Source of the DNA: the human T2T-CHM13v2.0 reference genome, Homo sapiens
Length of the DNA stretch: 64,000 bases
Strand: one strand, 5' to 3'
Assembly: GCF_009914755.1 (NCBI RefSeq)
Contig: NC_060938.1
Both the position numbers and the translations under genes were made by a program. The notes beneath the pieces are model-generated. The model was given only the letters and a program-made list of their open reading frames with translations, was not told the origin of the DNA and searched no databases. Each line of letters begins with the position of its first letter. Position 1 is the stretch's first letter. Positions 1 to 12,855 of the stretch are shown here, piece after piece.

Positions 1-1562
1 CCGACTTAGCAGGGTTGTGAGAGTGATGAGAGCGTGGCTGCTGGTCATGGTGCTGGGGTCGTCAGCAGCTCCTCGAGGGCTCCGGCCTGTGGAGGCCGGT
101 GGCGCCCCGTCTCACCCCACGGATGGGGGGCAGGCTCTCCAGGAGCCCCAGGGAGCACTGGCTACTGCTGGGCTGCTCTCAGGCCCGGGACATTCATGGC
201 CGTAGCCCCAGGTCCTCTGCATGGTCAGGGGCCATGCTGGGTCCCCTGGGGTGCAGATGCCGCTCAACAGAGGAGTCAGGACCCAAAAGGGGCAGAAATG
301 GGCAAGGGAAGACACTGGGGAAGGGGTGGGTCTGCCCTTCCTGCTGGGGGTGCACACGGGCCTGGGGCTGAGCAACCCGCTCTGGGCCTGGCTGTTCCGC
401 TCCACTGCCCCAACCAGCCTTTCCTCAGCACCCCCTGGCCAAGCTGTGGGCACCCCCTGCCCCCGGACACAGGCAGCACCTGGCCAAGTGCAGAGACACT
501 CCAGCTGGCTCTTCGCCTGTGTCCCAGCCCTGAGGGCACCGTCGTAGGGTGGTGGGACGGGGGGGGGCTCGGACACAGTGGTTGTGGAGGGGTCAGTGCT
601 GTGGCTCGGGGTGGGGTGGGGCTGGGGGAGGGTTTGCTTCAGGGTAGCGGCTCTCTTCAGGGGTTCAGCAAGGAGACAGATGGGTTCTAATGACCCCTGA
701 GTCCTGAGACAAGGTGGGGTGAGCTGGAGCAGGGGAGGGGACTTGGAAGGGCCTTCAGTCCCCATGCAGCCCTTGCACAACCTTTCGGGCCAACATCCTG
801 GGCCTTGCTTGGCAGAGGAGTTTGGGATCCACGGGCTTGAGGCCCAGGTGGTCAGCTCGCTCGGTGCAATGCTGTGTCTCGCATTTCTGTCTCTCGACTG
901 CCCCATCCAGCCCGTGTCCTAAGAGCAGCTGGCAGCAGCCGCCACGCACAGGCAGCTCAGCTCAGCAGCCCCAGGAGCCAGGTGTGTCTTGAGCTGGGCA
1001 GCAAAGTGGCCATGCAGTCCAGCCTCCCTTCAGCCTTCCCCAGGATGCCTTTCATCTTGGGGAGATGGCCATTGTGGGGGTGACCAGCACTGTCCCTTCC
1101 CTGGCAGGCCAGGATGTGGATCCACAGCGAGGCAGACCTGCAGATGCACATCCCTCTTCTCAAATGCTGTTCTTGTTCTGGTGAGCACGGGGAACGGCAC
1201 CAAGCCAATGCTGATGGGAAGGGCCCTGACCTTGGGCTGCTGTCCTGCGAGCTTGGCCCCTCTGCTGGGCCCCTCCTCCATGCCTTTGTTTACTCTCCAA
1301 CCTTCTGGGAGTCCCACATCTGCATCAGGACAGAGGTGACCAGGGACCAGTTGACAGCTAGGATGCCACCAGCATCTTTTGTTTAATTTGAGTCTCATTT
1401 CCCAGTGTAATTCTGTAGCTGACCTTGCAGGAGGCATTGACAATATTTCTTTATTGTATGGCCCCAGCCAGGACTTCCCTCTTTTTAGATGCAAAATAAT
1501 TGGGCAAGACTTTTCATGGGCATTGCATGCTGGGCTCGTGCAGGTGTCTCCAGGGCCGCCTC

Positions 1563-1700
1563 GAGACCAGCGCCCGCCTCCCTGGTCCTGGATACAGGTG
1601 GGGCGGGGGCTCCCCCGCAGCAGTGGAGTTGAGACCCGCACCTGCTTCCTGGTCCTGGACACGGGTGGGGCGGGGGCTCCGCAGCAGCAGTGGAGTTGAG
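1563..1700. repeat. Two-copy tandem duplication of about 68 bp, each copy with a GC box (GGGGCGGGG)
   Basis: gagacc...cctggtcctgga.ac.ggtggggcgggggctcc...gcagcagtggagttgag occurs twice. Confidence 0.8.
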
Positions 1701-3163
1701 GCTTCCGTATGAGCTCGCTCCTGGTCAGTTTGAGGGTGGACATACCAGACATCCTGCATCTTCCCAGTCGCCCCAGGAGCGCCTCAGGAGGGTGAGTGGC
1801 AGGAGGCCGATGCCCTGCTAGCAGGCAGTCCCTCGGGGCCAGGCCTTCCTGGTGCGGTGCTGAATTGGGCTGTTCGTTCCTCTGAGCACCAAGGAGAGGG
1901 ATGGCGGCTCAGGCTTCAGGCAGTGCCCGCCGGTGCCTCTAGAAGGTGCTCCGTGGTGGGGCCCGGGAGGGTGGCCCTTCCACATTCTCGGGCTGCCTGT
2001 GTGCCACCCAAGTGTCAGGTCATGAGGCCCCTCGGTCTGGCCTAGGGCTCTCCTTCCTCCCCCACCTCAAGCCTGGGGTGTGGCCTAGCCAGGGAGGGGA
2101 GCGGGAGCTCTGGCCGTGAAGACCCACCCTGAGGTCTGGGCTCTCCTGGCCTGAGCGTGCTTTCTGCTATGAGCTCCACGTTCACCCTGCGGCCAGGACT
2201 CTACTGTTCCTCCTGGTGGGAGCTGCTGTGGTGCCCTGGGTGGCCTCCAGTCACCGCCAGCCTGCCCCTTGCAGTCAGTCCTGCTGTTCCTTCGGCTCCT
2301 GCAGTTTCCAGCTTGGCCCTGGACTTCCTGTTTTTCCCACCTAGCTGGACGTAAAGGTTGTCGCGCCTTGGAAAGTTAAGTCACTACACCCGAATCGACG
2401 CACTCTTGGCTCGCCTGGCTATGGCTTCAGCTGGAAACGGAGCTGAGCGTGGCTTATGTTTATAAATACAGCACCTATCAGGTCCAGCGTCGCTGTCTCC
2501 TGCGGGAGGTGTCAGCTTTGGGCGTGAAGAACAGCTGCAAGGCCACAGGGCCAAGGGGTATCTCACCAGCTGGGAGGCCGGCGTGCCTGACCTGGCCACA
2601 CAGAGCGAGCCTCAGAAGCGAGGGGGAAGGAGGGCAGGCCTTGGGGAGGGGTCCAGGAAGGTCGAGAGGCTGCAGTGGTGGTAGCCTGAGGGGATGTGCG
2701 CGGCCAGGTCAGTGCCTGCCGCTACTGCCTGCTGCGCTGACTGCCTGAGCACTGGGGATCGTGGGCCTGAGGGGCGGGGACCTTGGCTCCCGTGGATAGC
2801 TCCTGCACCATCCTCTTGCTTCTCAGACCCTCGGCAAGTGGTGACAGGGGGCTGGGGTGGAGTTGTTCTCCTGCCGTGGTCCTGTCAAATGGTGCTGGGG
2901 GCGGGGCCAGGAATCACAGCAGGTGTCTGCCGCTAGCGCTCGGAGCCTGTGCTGGGGGCAGGGTGGTGCATCTCATGCCTCTGCCGCTTGCTCACTGTAC
3001 TTGCCTGGGGAGGATGTGGCAGGGGCAGAGGACAGCTGGCCAGGCTCTTGGACTGCACCTGACTCTGGTGGGCTATCGAAGGTTTTGGAGGTTTCTTTAA
3101 TTAGCAACATGATATCCAGAGATTGCGACTGTGGCTCGAGCGGTTCCCTGCCAGGGAGCAGGA

Positions 3164-3396
3164 CCATTGACAGCCGAGCCTTGACTCACCGGCCCAGGCC
3201 ACCCGAGGGGCCATTGACAACTGAGCCTTGGCTCACCGGCCCAGGCCACCCGATGGACCATTGACAGCCGAGCCTTGGCTCACCGGCCCAGGCCACCCGA
3301 GGGGCCATTGACAACTGAGCCTTGGCTCACCGGCCCAGGCCACCCGAGGGGCCATTGACAGCCGAGCCTTGGCTCACCGGCCCAGGCCACCCGAGG
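3164..3396. repeat. Minisatellite, 47-bp unit, 5 copies
   Basis: ccattgacagccgagccttggctcaccggcccaggccacccgagggg at 3164, 3211, 3258, 3305, 3352. Confidence 0.95.
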
Positions 3397-4302
3397 TTTC
3401 ACTGCGGATTCTATCAGAACAGTGCCTCCCCCCAGGATTCGTCAACCTTCAGTGGACCAGGCCCTGCAGTGGTTCCAGTTATTCCCTGGGAAAATTTCCA
3501 GCACTGATTAGGGGGTGACTCTTGGTCAGAGGTTGAGTGTTTCCCTAGGTGTGGAGGTGCACGGAGAAGAGAGGGGTGCAGTTCTTAAAGGACACATGGC
3601 TTATGCCACACCCCCTGCCCCAACCCCCGGAGTGGCCAGCTTTCCTTTGACTGGGGAGGAGGCAGCTGTCCAGGGTTGTCCTCACCTCTCCTCCTGGAGA
3701 ATGTGGTCCCTTCAGAAAGGGGACCCAGTAGTGGGTGACCTGGTGCAAACCACCCACTGCCTCCTCTGGGCCTTCCTGGGGCTCTTCGGCTCTCAGGAGA
3801 GGAGGGAGCTCAGGCTGTGGCTGCTCTGTGAGTTGGACACGGACGCTCCAGCCGCTGGGCCCAGCAGTGTGAATGGCCATAGAGAACAGGGGCCCAGAGG
3901 CTGCTCTCGAGGACACTGGCAGCAGTTGTGCTCTGGGCTCGCCATCCTTGAAGCTGGAATATTCCACAAGTGCCACGCACTTGCTGGAGGTACTGCCTGG
4001 GGGTAGACTGTGGCCAGGCCCTCCCAGCAGCCCGAGTCTTGGCGCGTGGGCTGGACTCCCACACTCAGCACCTTTCTGCTGACCTGAACACCCAGGGCAC
4101 AGTGGCAGCGGCGTCATTAGGATTTCCAACTAGCTGTTTCTGTTAAGAGTGAAGAGGAAACCTTGTTTGATTAGACTCATTGTAAAAAAGATTCCAGTGA
4201 ATCTCTTGCCTGCTGTCTTTGCAGTTGCCTCTAAGGGTCACGAGGCAGGGCGGCGTCCTCTCTCAGTGCCACTGTGACCTGGCAGCACCTCTTTTGCATA
4301 TT

Positions 4303-4326
4303 ATTGACCTAGAGAGAGAGGTCAAT
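4303..4326. promoter_or_regulatory. Candidate everted-repeat-8 (ER8) nuclear receptor element
   Basis: ATTGACCT-agagagag-AGGTCAAT: two perfect consensus half-sites spaced by 8 bp; function not shown. Confidence 0.4.
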
Positions 4327-5433
4327 TGTAATTCGGAGCTGCACAGTCGGAAAATTTGTAGCAACAGAGAATTATAGGCGCTCTAGGCATTCGATGAATC
4401 TTCTCCACCTTGCTGTGGGGTTAATTCAGGGGAGCAGTGGGGAGTGTGCTGGGAGTGAGATTAGAGGGAGGACTCCCTGGAGGCTGGCCCTGCGCCCTGG
4501 AGGCCAGCATGGCCCTGGTGCTGGCTACATCCTCTGGGGCTCTTCCTCATCTGTCTGCAGAGGAGGCAGCTGTGGAGCGAGGGTGTGTACGGGAGCAGGA
4601 TGGGCTGCACAGAAGCCTTTCCGGGGGTGCCTGTGGTTTGCAGGGGCCTGGCTGCAGCTGCCCTGTGTGATCTCTGTCCCCGTCTTCTCCCGGCTTCCTT
4701 GGGTCCTGTGTGCCCAACTTGGCACTTCAAGATTTGCTCCCTGGCAACTGTTGCCTTTCCCAGAAGAGAAGTCCCTGGAACCAGGACCAGCCTGCTGTCA
4801 CCTGCCTGCTGCTCCTGCCCCACCAGAACCATCCTGAGTCCAAACTGGCTGAGAGTCAAGGGGGTGTTCAGGGCCTCCAGGAGCTCTGGGAGAGTCTAGG
4901 ATGCTCTAGATCCTTGGGCTCATGGGGCAGTAGAGTGGGGGGCTGTGGTCCTGGGCACCCTCTGGAGAGACCGCTCTGGTGTCAGCCAAGTGGCGGGCAC
5001 CTTCTGGGCTTGGGGGCGGGGCTTCTCACGATGGCTCAGGGAGGTCCAGACAGCCCCCTTGTCTAGGTGCGCACCTGGAGTCCTTTCCTGCGTGACTTGC
5101 AAACAGGCCTTGCAGGGCTCTAGTGTATCAGCTCCCGGACTGCAGGCAGCAGCAAACTCTGCCGTGTGGTACTGCTTCTCATGGACAGGAGACCACCAGG
5201 CTCCTTCCAGGAGGGTGAGGTCTCTGCAGCGGGAGCATCCAGGCCTGGAACTCGAGCTGTGGTGTGGTGGTGCCAGCCCAGGAGCCAAGCACAGCCAGGA
5301 GATGAAACCCATCCCTGTGGTCTGCACGTCCATGCCAGGGCCGAGCCCCCAGCTGGGATGCCCTGGGAGGGTGCAGGGTGGGCTCTGGATGCCTGCTGGG
5401 GGATTTCAGTGAGAACCAGGAAGGGTTGAGCCA

Positions 5434-5778
5434 GAGCCTCCGAGAAGCCTGGGGTCCATGTGTGGGAAGGAACGGGGACAGGGAGCCTCCGAGAAGCCTG
5501 GGGTCCGTGTGTGGGAAGGAACGGGGACAGGGAGCCTCCGAGAAGCCTGGGGTCCGTGTGTGGGACGGAACGGGGACAGGGAGCCTCCGAGAAGCCTGGG
5601 GTCCGTGTGTGGGACGGAACGGGGACAGGGAGCCTCCGAGAAGCCTGGGGTCCGTGTGTGGGACGGAATGGGGACAGGAGCCTCCGAGAAGCCTGGGGTC
5701 CGTGTGTGGGAAGGAACGGGGACAGGAGCCTCCAAGAAGCCTGGGGTCCGTGTGTCCGTAGGAACGGGGGACAGGAGG
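5434..5778. repeat. Minisatellite, 48-49-bp unit, about 7 copies
   Basis: gagcctccgagaagcctggggtccgtgtgtgggaaggaacggggacagg repeated. Confidence 0.95.
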
Positions 5779-6350
5779 TTGTGAAGGGCGTGTGGGTTCC
5801 GGGAGGCTCACTATAGTGATGTCCTGCCTTAGACGAGGTCACACAGGGGAAGGTTACTGTGCCGCAGAGTTTTCTTTCCGAGCACTCAATGCTCACCTCC
5901 TGGGAGGGAGTGGGGCCGCAGCCAGCCCTGACCCAGCTGGGTGTGTGGCCGCTCTCTGGACCCCCGGTCCCAGGGTGGCAGCTAGTGCAGCCTAGGCCAC
6001 ACCAGCATGACCCCTCGCCCCTGTCTCCACGGAGCACCGTGGGACTCTGGCATCAGAATCCTGGGGCCCCACCCAACACCCACGCATTTCCTGTCTTTTC
6101 TCAGGCAATCGCCATGGTACCCAGGGCTGGCCTTGTTTCAGCTTCCTGACGAGTGCCCTGTGGTCAGTCATTTCTGTCCTCGCCTTTACCTCAAATCCTG
6201 CTTTTTGCCTTAAGTGCGTTCCCAATTCCATCTCTGTGCCAGCTGTGCCCCATGCAGCCTCTACCGGCATCTCACGTGATGTCAACCTTCTGGGTCCTTG
6301 GGGCCTAGCCTTGCTCTGGTGAACGGCTTTGTTGGATGCTGGGGTTGGCA

Positions 6351-6643
6351 TTTTTTTTTTTTTTGAGACAGAGTCATCCTGTTGCCCAGGCTGGAGTGCA
6401 GTGGCACAATCTCGGCTCACTGCAACCTTGCCTCCAGGGTTCAGGTGATTCTCCTGCCTCAGCCTCCCGAGTAGCTGGGATTACAGGCATGCACCGTCAC
6501 ACCCAGCTAATTTTTGTATTTTTAGTAGAGACGGGGTTTCACCGTGTTGGCCAGGCTGGTCTCAAACTCCTGACCTCAGGTGATCTGCCTGCCTCGGCCT
6601 CCCAAAGTGCTGGGATTACAGGCATGAGCCACCGTGCCCAGCC
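6351..6643 (-). mobile_element. Alu (AluS-like), full length
   Basis: Poly-T followed by antisense Alu consensus; TSD-like gggttggc on both sides. Confidence 0.93.
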
Positions 6644-6691
6644 TGGGTTGGCTTTTAACTGGCAAGTTTAGTCTGTGTTTCTGTGCGATGA

Positions 6692-6971
<280 letters not shown>

Positions 6972-6999
6972 TGAGTTTTATGTATTACCCACTCCAGGA

Positions 7000-7560
7000 A
7001 ATCACTGTAGTCCTTTTAACTGTTACTGATTTGCTTAAAATGTGAAAGGCCTGTTGACATTTAAGGATAGTCAACAACCCTCCCACCCTCCAAAGGAAGG
7101 AGAGCTGAAATGCAGGAGAAACAGCAATGCCTTTGATGAGTATGGCTTTGCTGCTACTTTGCTCACCTGTGGCCCTGCCTTTCCCAAGGATAGTTTTTGT
7201 TTTCCTGGAGCACATCCTTCAGAAGCTCTTTCAGTCTTTCAGTGCCTGAAGATGGCGTTTTTGTCCCCCTCATACTTGGTGATCACAGAGTTCTTCTAGG
7301 TTGACAGTTTTGTCTCCTCGGTACTTTGACGATTGTTTTATTGTCTTCTGGCCTCTGTTGTGGTTTTGAGGAGTCTGCGATCAGCCTGCTCCTTGTTCCT
7401 TGTGGGACACATGTGTGATCTGTGGTTGCTTTTAGCGTTTTTATTTTGATTTGGTGCGGATTTGTTATCAACATTGCTTTTGATCCTCCTTGGGACTTAC
7501 TGAATATGAGCATCTCTCTTCTTGTTTTGGAAGAATCCTCAGTCAGACATTGCATCTCCT
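7000..7560 (-). mobile_element. Degraded old L1 fragment, antisense
   Basis: T-rich sequence resembling antisense L1M (ctaggttgacagttt, ttgtcttctggcctct, tgaggagtctg). Confidence 0.55.
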
Positions 7561-9816
7561 TCCTTGGGTGGAAGCTGCTCAGTCACTGTCCTGTGCCTTG
7601 CCGTGGGGCTGCCTGTGCCTCTGTGCCTGCTTCTCCTTCCATGGGGAGCCCCTCCCAGCCCCTCACTGGCGCTGGGAAGCACAGTGGTCCTCCCCTCTGT
7701 GGGCTGTGTTGAGAAATGTTGCTGGCTAGTCCCAGACCCACAACACGGAGCACGGGGGTTTTGCCTGGTGCCCGTGATATCAGTGGGGAGTGAGAGGAGC
7801 AGGTGGCCCCCTCGGCTGTGTTCAGGGTGTGCCTGTGTGGCCGACCACCTCCAGGACTGAGGCCACACAGGAAGCAGTTGGGATTGTGAAAACCCCCATG
7901 GGAAGCTGTGCTGATCCTCCCCTGAGCCTGTGACAGCTGAGGGCACAGGCAATGGTGGGGCTCGGTGCCTGGGGCTGAGTTGGGAAGGTTTGGTGTCTGA
8001 CCCACTTCTTCCCAAGTGGGAGCTCCCTCCTCGGGCACTGCATGGCTTCTCTGCGGGGCCTCTGCCTGGTCCTCTCGTGGGCGGTCCAAGACCTGGAGCC
8101 CAGGAGGTGGATTCTGAGGTCTGAGTCCCCCGCAGGACAGCAGTTCCATCCTCTGGTCCCTCTCCTGCCCCCAGGGGCCAGTAGGTTACAGACACCTTCC
8201 TGAAACTCCCTGGAGGGGAGCAGCCTTGATTCCTAAACAAGAAGTTGGTCCTAAGTGCATCCTCTTGATGTGGGGCAGAGAAGAAATCTGAGACAGTCTC
8301 ATGCCCCCACCGCCATCGTCCCCCCACTTTTTTGTGGGGGTGCCCAATCTGTGCTCTGCCCCCTCCCCAGGCTCCGCTCCTGTGGGCTGCGTCGTGGTTT
8401 CTCCTCTCTGTGGGACGTGTGCTGGGCCCCTGGGGGTGGATGCAGACCGAGCCTGGGCCCATGTAGACCAACTGGCGTGGGTGTGAGAGAGAGAGACGCA
8501 TACCCACTCAGGCACATACACGTGCACACACACACCCATGCACGCGTGTGCACACACACCCTGGCCCTGTTCCCTACCAGTCCCCACCCCCTCCTGCTGC
8601 ATGTGCTCCTGGTTCCCTCTCTTCACCTGACAGCTGGAGTCATCCTCCTGCCCACAGCCGTGCCCTGTGCAGAGCAGGTGCTGGTTCTGCCCTCCCCTGG
8701 CCTGCCCCAGGCGGGGACACTACACTGGGAAGCTGCCCCGTTGCAGGCGTTCCCATGGCGCCACTGCTGTGTTAGCTGCCTGCAGCACAGGCCGGCCAGT
8801 CCTGGGGTGCTGGACAGACCCTCCTGGAAGCCAGTCCCTGGCCGTCCTGTCCTGCTGGGGGCACAGTGTCTCGGCAGAAGGTTCTGGCTGCTCCCTGGGG
8901 TGCTGGCTTGTGTCACCTGGCTTTGCTGGGTCCCAGTGACATGCAGTCTGGGGATGTTCCTGGGACCCGTTGGGCTTGCGGTGGCCACTTGGGAAAGCTG
9001 AGCACTGAAAGTGCCAAAACCTGGGACACCTTCTTGCAGGCCCACTCTTCAGCCTTTGCCCCGTGGGCCATTGGGGAGGGAGGAGGTGGGAGGTTTTGGC
9101 AAAGCAGCCCAAAGGTCCACACAGACCCAGGGCTGGCAACCGGCCCGGCCTGTCACCCTTCTCACTGAGGGTCACAGCCTGTGGCCCATGGCAGGGCTGC
9201 CCAGGACAGGGGCTTGGCCCCGGAGGCCTGCAGTGTGAGGCGTGGCCCACAGGCCTTCCCAGAGGGGGTTCTGGGAGCCTCCCCCAGCTGTCACACGCAC
9301 CTGCCTGTGCCTCACCCGGGCTAAAATAGCCCCTGCACAGAAACGCCCTTGCTGGGCAGGGCCCATTCCTGCTGGGAGACACCTGTCAGGGCCCTTCCTG
9401 CCTGGGGCCATATGGAGTGTCCAGCCTGGGGGTGGTCGTGGGGTGTCGGGGGCCTGGGCCTGGATCCACGATGCCCTGTCTGGTCTAGAGCCTGGCCTGG
9501 CTTCCCCTTGGCGTGACTGCCCACAGGCAGTGGCCGCCGTCTGCTCAGCTGCATCCTCCTGCGTTGGGCTCATCTGTCTGCCTTCCCCTGACACCTCCTC
9601 CTGCCAGACTCCAGGGCCAAGGGAGTGGGCCCCGGCTGCAGAGGCAGTGCCAGCTAGCTGAGTGGGTCAGGCCACAGACCCCACCTGACTCCAGGGCAGC
9701 GTGGCCAGGAGAGCATTGGAAGGAGAGAGCTGTTCCCACCTTGAGGCTGACGCAGACCAGACCTGGCTCTGTCCTGAGCAGCAGAAAGTATGTGCAGGGC
9801 CTCACCCTCTTCCCTC

Positions 9817-10094
9817 TGTCTGTGTAGAGCTCCACCTGAGGCCCAGTGTGTGCGTAGAGTCCCACCTGAGGCCCAGTGTCTACGTAGAGCTCCACCTGAG
9901 GCCCAATATGTGCGTAGAGCTCCACCTGAGGGCCAGTGCCTACGTAGAGCTCCACCTGAGGGCCAGTATGTGCGTAGAGCTCCACCTGAGGCCCAGTGTC
10001 TACATAGAGCTCCACCTGAGGGTCCAGTGTGTGGGTAGAGCTCCACCTGAGGGCCAGTGTCTGTGTAGAGCTCCACCTGAGGGCCAGTGTGTGC
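9817..10094. repeat. Minisatellite, 30-31-bp unit, about 9 copies, alternating A/B units
   Basis: gtagagctccacctgagg(g/c)ccagtgt(gtgc/ctac) repeated. Confidence 0.95.
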
Positions 10095-10694
10095 TTGGTG
10101 CCCACAGCTGAGTTAGCCCAGGCTCGTGGTCATGCTCACAGGTGCACGTGGCCACACAAGTCACTGAGCACAGACCCAGATGGGATGCAGCTCATAACGT
10201 GCACTGCGGGGGGGAGCTGTGGCATCTTTTCCCAGAGCCCCTCTGGTCTGGCAGCCTCGGGAGTGTGTGCATGGTATGGGAGGTGGGAACAGAGCTGGGA
10301 GGGGCTCCCCTCCATGGGGTGGGGTTCCCCTCCAGCTGTTGGTGAGGCACACTGTACACCTGCACACCTGTGCCTGGGACTGTTGGGCTGGACGTGTAGG
10401 AACATGGAATGGCCCCTGGGCCTTCGGGTGACTGAGACAGAAGTACAGGCCCAGCAGGTCTGAGGACAGGGCCTCCTGATGACTGGACCCAGCCTGGACA
10501 ATGGCCGGCAGCTCCCAGCCTTGCCACAGGCTGACTGGAATGCGTGGTGTGGTGGAGCCCAGCACTGAGGGCCGGACGTGTGTTTGCAGCATTGTTCTCA
10601 CAGCCACCTCGGAGGCTTCCCTGCTCTGGGGCAGATGCCGTTGCTGGAGCCGTGGTGCTCCCAGAGGCACCCTGGGCTCAGCTCAGCCCCCATA

Positions 10695-10870
10695 GGCCAG
10701 TGCCTGGAGTGGCTGTGACGCTGTGGCCGGCGCCTGGCGTGGCTGTGACGCTGTGGCCGGCGCCTGGCGTGGCTCTGACGCTGTGGCCGGCGCCTGGCGT
10801 GGCTCTGACGCTGTGGCCGGCGCCTGGCGTGGCTCTGACGCTGTGGCCGGCGCCTGGCATGGCTGTGATG
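10695..10870. repeat. Minisatellite, 30-bp unit, about 6 copies
   Basis: ggccggcgcctggcgtggctctgacgctgt repeated. Confidence 0.95.
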
Positions 10871-12144
10871 TGCTGACTCCGGCACCATCAGTTCCTTCCC
10901 CTATTCTGGGGCAGGTGGGGACCACCTCTTCACCCTCCCTCATGGGCAGGGCTGGCCTCTGCTGAGGTGGCCCCTCACTGGGCCCAGGCATGGAGACCCA
11001 GTGGTCCTAGCCCTCGGTGTAGTCTATCCATGAGGCACCTGGCTGAGCCTGTTCCTCTCACTCCACAGCAGCCTCCTTGGCCCTGACCACTGGCCAACGA
11101 GGACACTGAGAAGGCACCCTGACCTTCTGTCCTCATTAGCAGGGAGCAGCCATGTCCAGATAAGGCTGTACATCAGAGAAAGCTGAGTGAGGCTGGCAAG
11201 AGCTGGCAGCCGCCCTCGGCCGCCCGGGCGAGCCTTGGGACGGGCTGGGTGGTAAGTGCTGGTGATGCAGGAGCAGAGAGCCCCGTGGAACTCTCTCCAT
11301 GAGGACGGCGGTGCCCTGGGGCCCAGCTACGAGGATGGCTGTGCAGGCACCTGGAGCCTGGGGATGGCAGGGCGTGGGCTGAGCATGTGGAGCACCAGCC
11401 TGTGACATTCCTCTGCCCAGGGGCAGCAGGGCACGGAGCGTGTGTGGCCAGCTGCCGCCACAGGCCCCCAGCTCCCACGCGGGCAGGCTCGCGACCGCAC
11501 CAAGGGGGCAGCTCCTGGAGACAAAAGCTCCTCAGTTTTCCCTTCCAACAAAACACAGTCAGCAGGTTTGGGACCAGCTGCCTGGGGTCTTAACCATCTG
11601 TGCTCTGTGCGCGCCCCCACCCCCTTGCCTGCCTGGAGGAAAGTGGTGGGGTTGACATGCGCCTCGAGGGCCAGCCGGGCGCTGGTGCATTTCTCAGAAA
11701 TCCGTGAAGTGCTCCCTTGTCCTGCTCGTGTTCTGTGCTGTCCTTGGGAGTGGCGCGGCCGCTTGCCAGGGCTGCAGAGTTGGCCACGCAGCCTCTCCAG
11801 GAGGCCTTGAGCCAAGCACAGGATGCAGCCCAGCAGTGGTGGCACCGTGGAGTGGCTGGGCGGAAGAGATCCTGGTCCACGCTGCTGTCTGGAGGGCAGG
11901 GTCCTCAGGTGACCAGAGTCCGTGCAGGAGCGAGTGAGGACAGGGCTGGGGCAGGCGGCAGGATGAGGCCGCCCAGAGCAACTCAGTGAGTGAATGAGTG
12001 AAAGCACGCACGCCCCATGCTCCAGCGGGGCCAGAGTGTGCTGTTGGGTGAGTCTGGCCTTCCTTCCTGGGGTTGTGGGCCCTACTTGTGGGAGGCCACT
12101 GTGGGGAGGGCGTCCTTGTAGAAGTGTTAATCAGAGTGAAAGCC

Positions 12145-12855
12145 AGTCCCTGTGCACTGCTGCTGGGAATGTAGCATGGTGCAGCTGTTGCGGGGAACAG
12201 GACGGCAGCCCCTCGGGAAATGAGACAGAGTTACCGTCAGAGTTACTGTGTGAGCTAGCAGTTGCACTTCTCAGTAGAACCCGGGAGCACTGACGCAGGG
12301 CCTCCAGGGGAGATCTCCACCCTGTGTTCACAGCAGCCTTACTCACGGTGACTGCGTGATGGACGCAGCCTGTATCCATCCTCGGACAAACAAGTCAGCA
12401 CCATGTGGCCCTCCGCACCACCCAGCATCACTGGGCCCTCGGTCAGCACCGCGTGGCCCTCCACACTGTGGAATATTACTTAGCCCTGAAAAGGAAGGAA
12501 ATGGACACAGGCTGCAACGTGGATGGAACTTGAGTATATTGTGCTGAGTGGAATAAGCCAGTCACAGGAGGACATGCACTGTATGATCCCATTTGTGTCA
12601 GGTCCCTAGAGTCATTGCATTCATAGGGACGGAGGTAGGATGGTGCAGCCTGGTGATGCCAGGGGCCGGGGAAGGTGGGAATGGGGAGTTGGGGTTGAAT
12701 GGGTAGTTTCAGTTGCGCAAGGTGAAGAGAGTTCTCGGGATGGATGGCGGTGAGGGCTGCACAACAGCATCCACGCACGTAGTGCCACTGACCTGCACAC
12801 TGAAAAATGGTTCAAACGGCAAGTTTTACGTTATATTTACCACAATAAAAAAGAG
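12145..12855 (+). mobile_element. Old L1 (L1MB-like) 3' end
   Basis: Typical L1M 3'UTR motifs (ctgggaatgta, ggaatattac, aataagccagtcaca, ccactga.ctg.acact.aaaaatggtt), ending in cacaataaaaa. Confidence 0.8.

Noticed and set aside
2440-2475. TATA/FOX-like tgtttataaata motif suggesting an internal promoter
   Set aside because: A single short motif without a CpG island or a downstream exon I can support.
11100-12055. Possible alternative exon in intron 1 (acceptor-like cattag near 11138, donor-like TGG|gtgagt near 12047)
   Set aside because: Isolated splice-like motifs are common; no recognisable coding sequence or other support from sequence alone.
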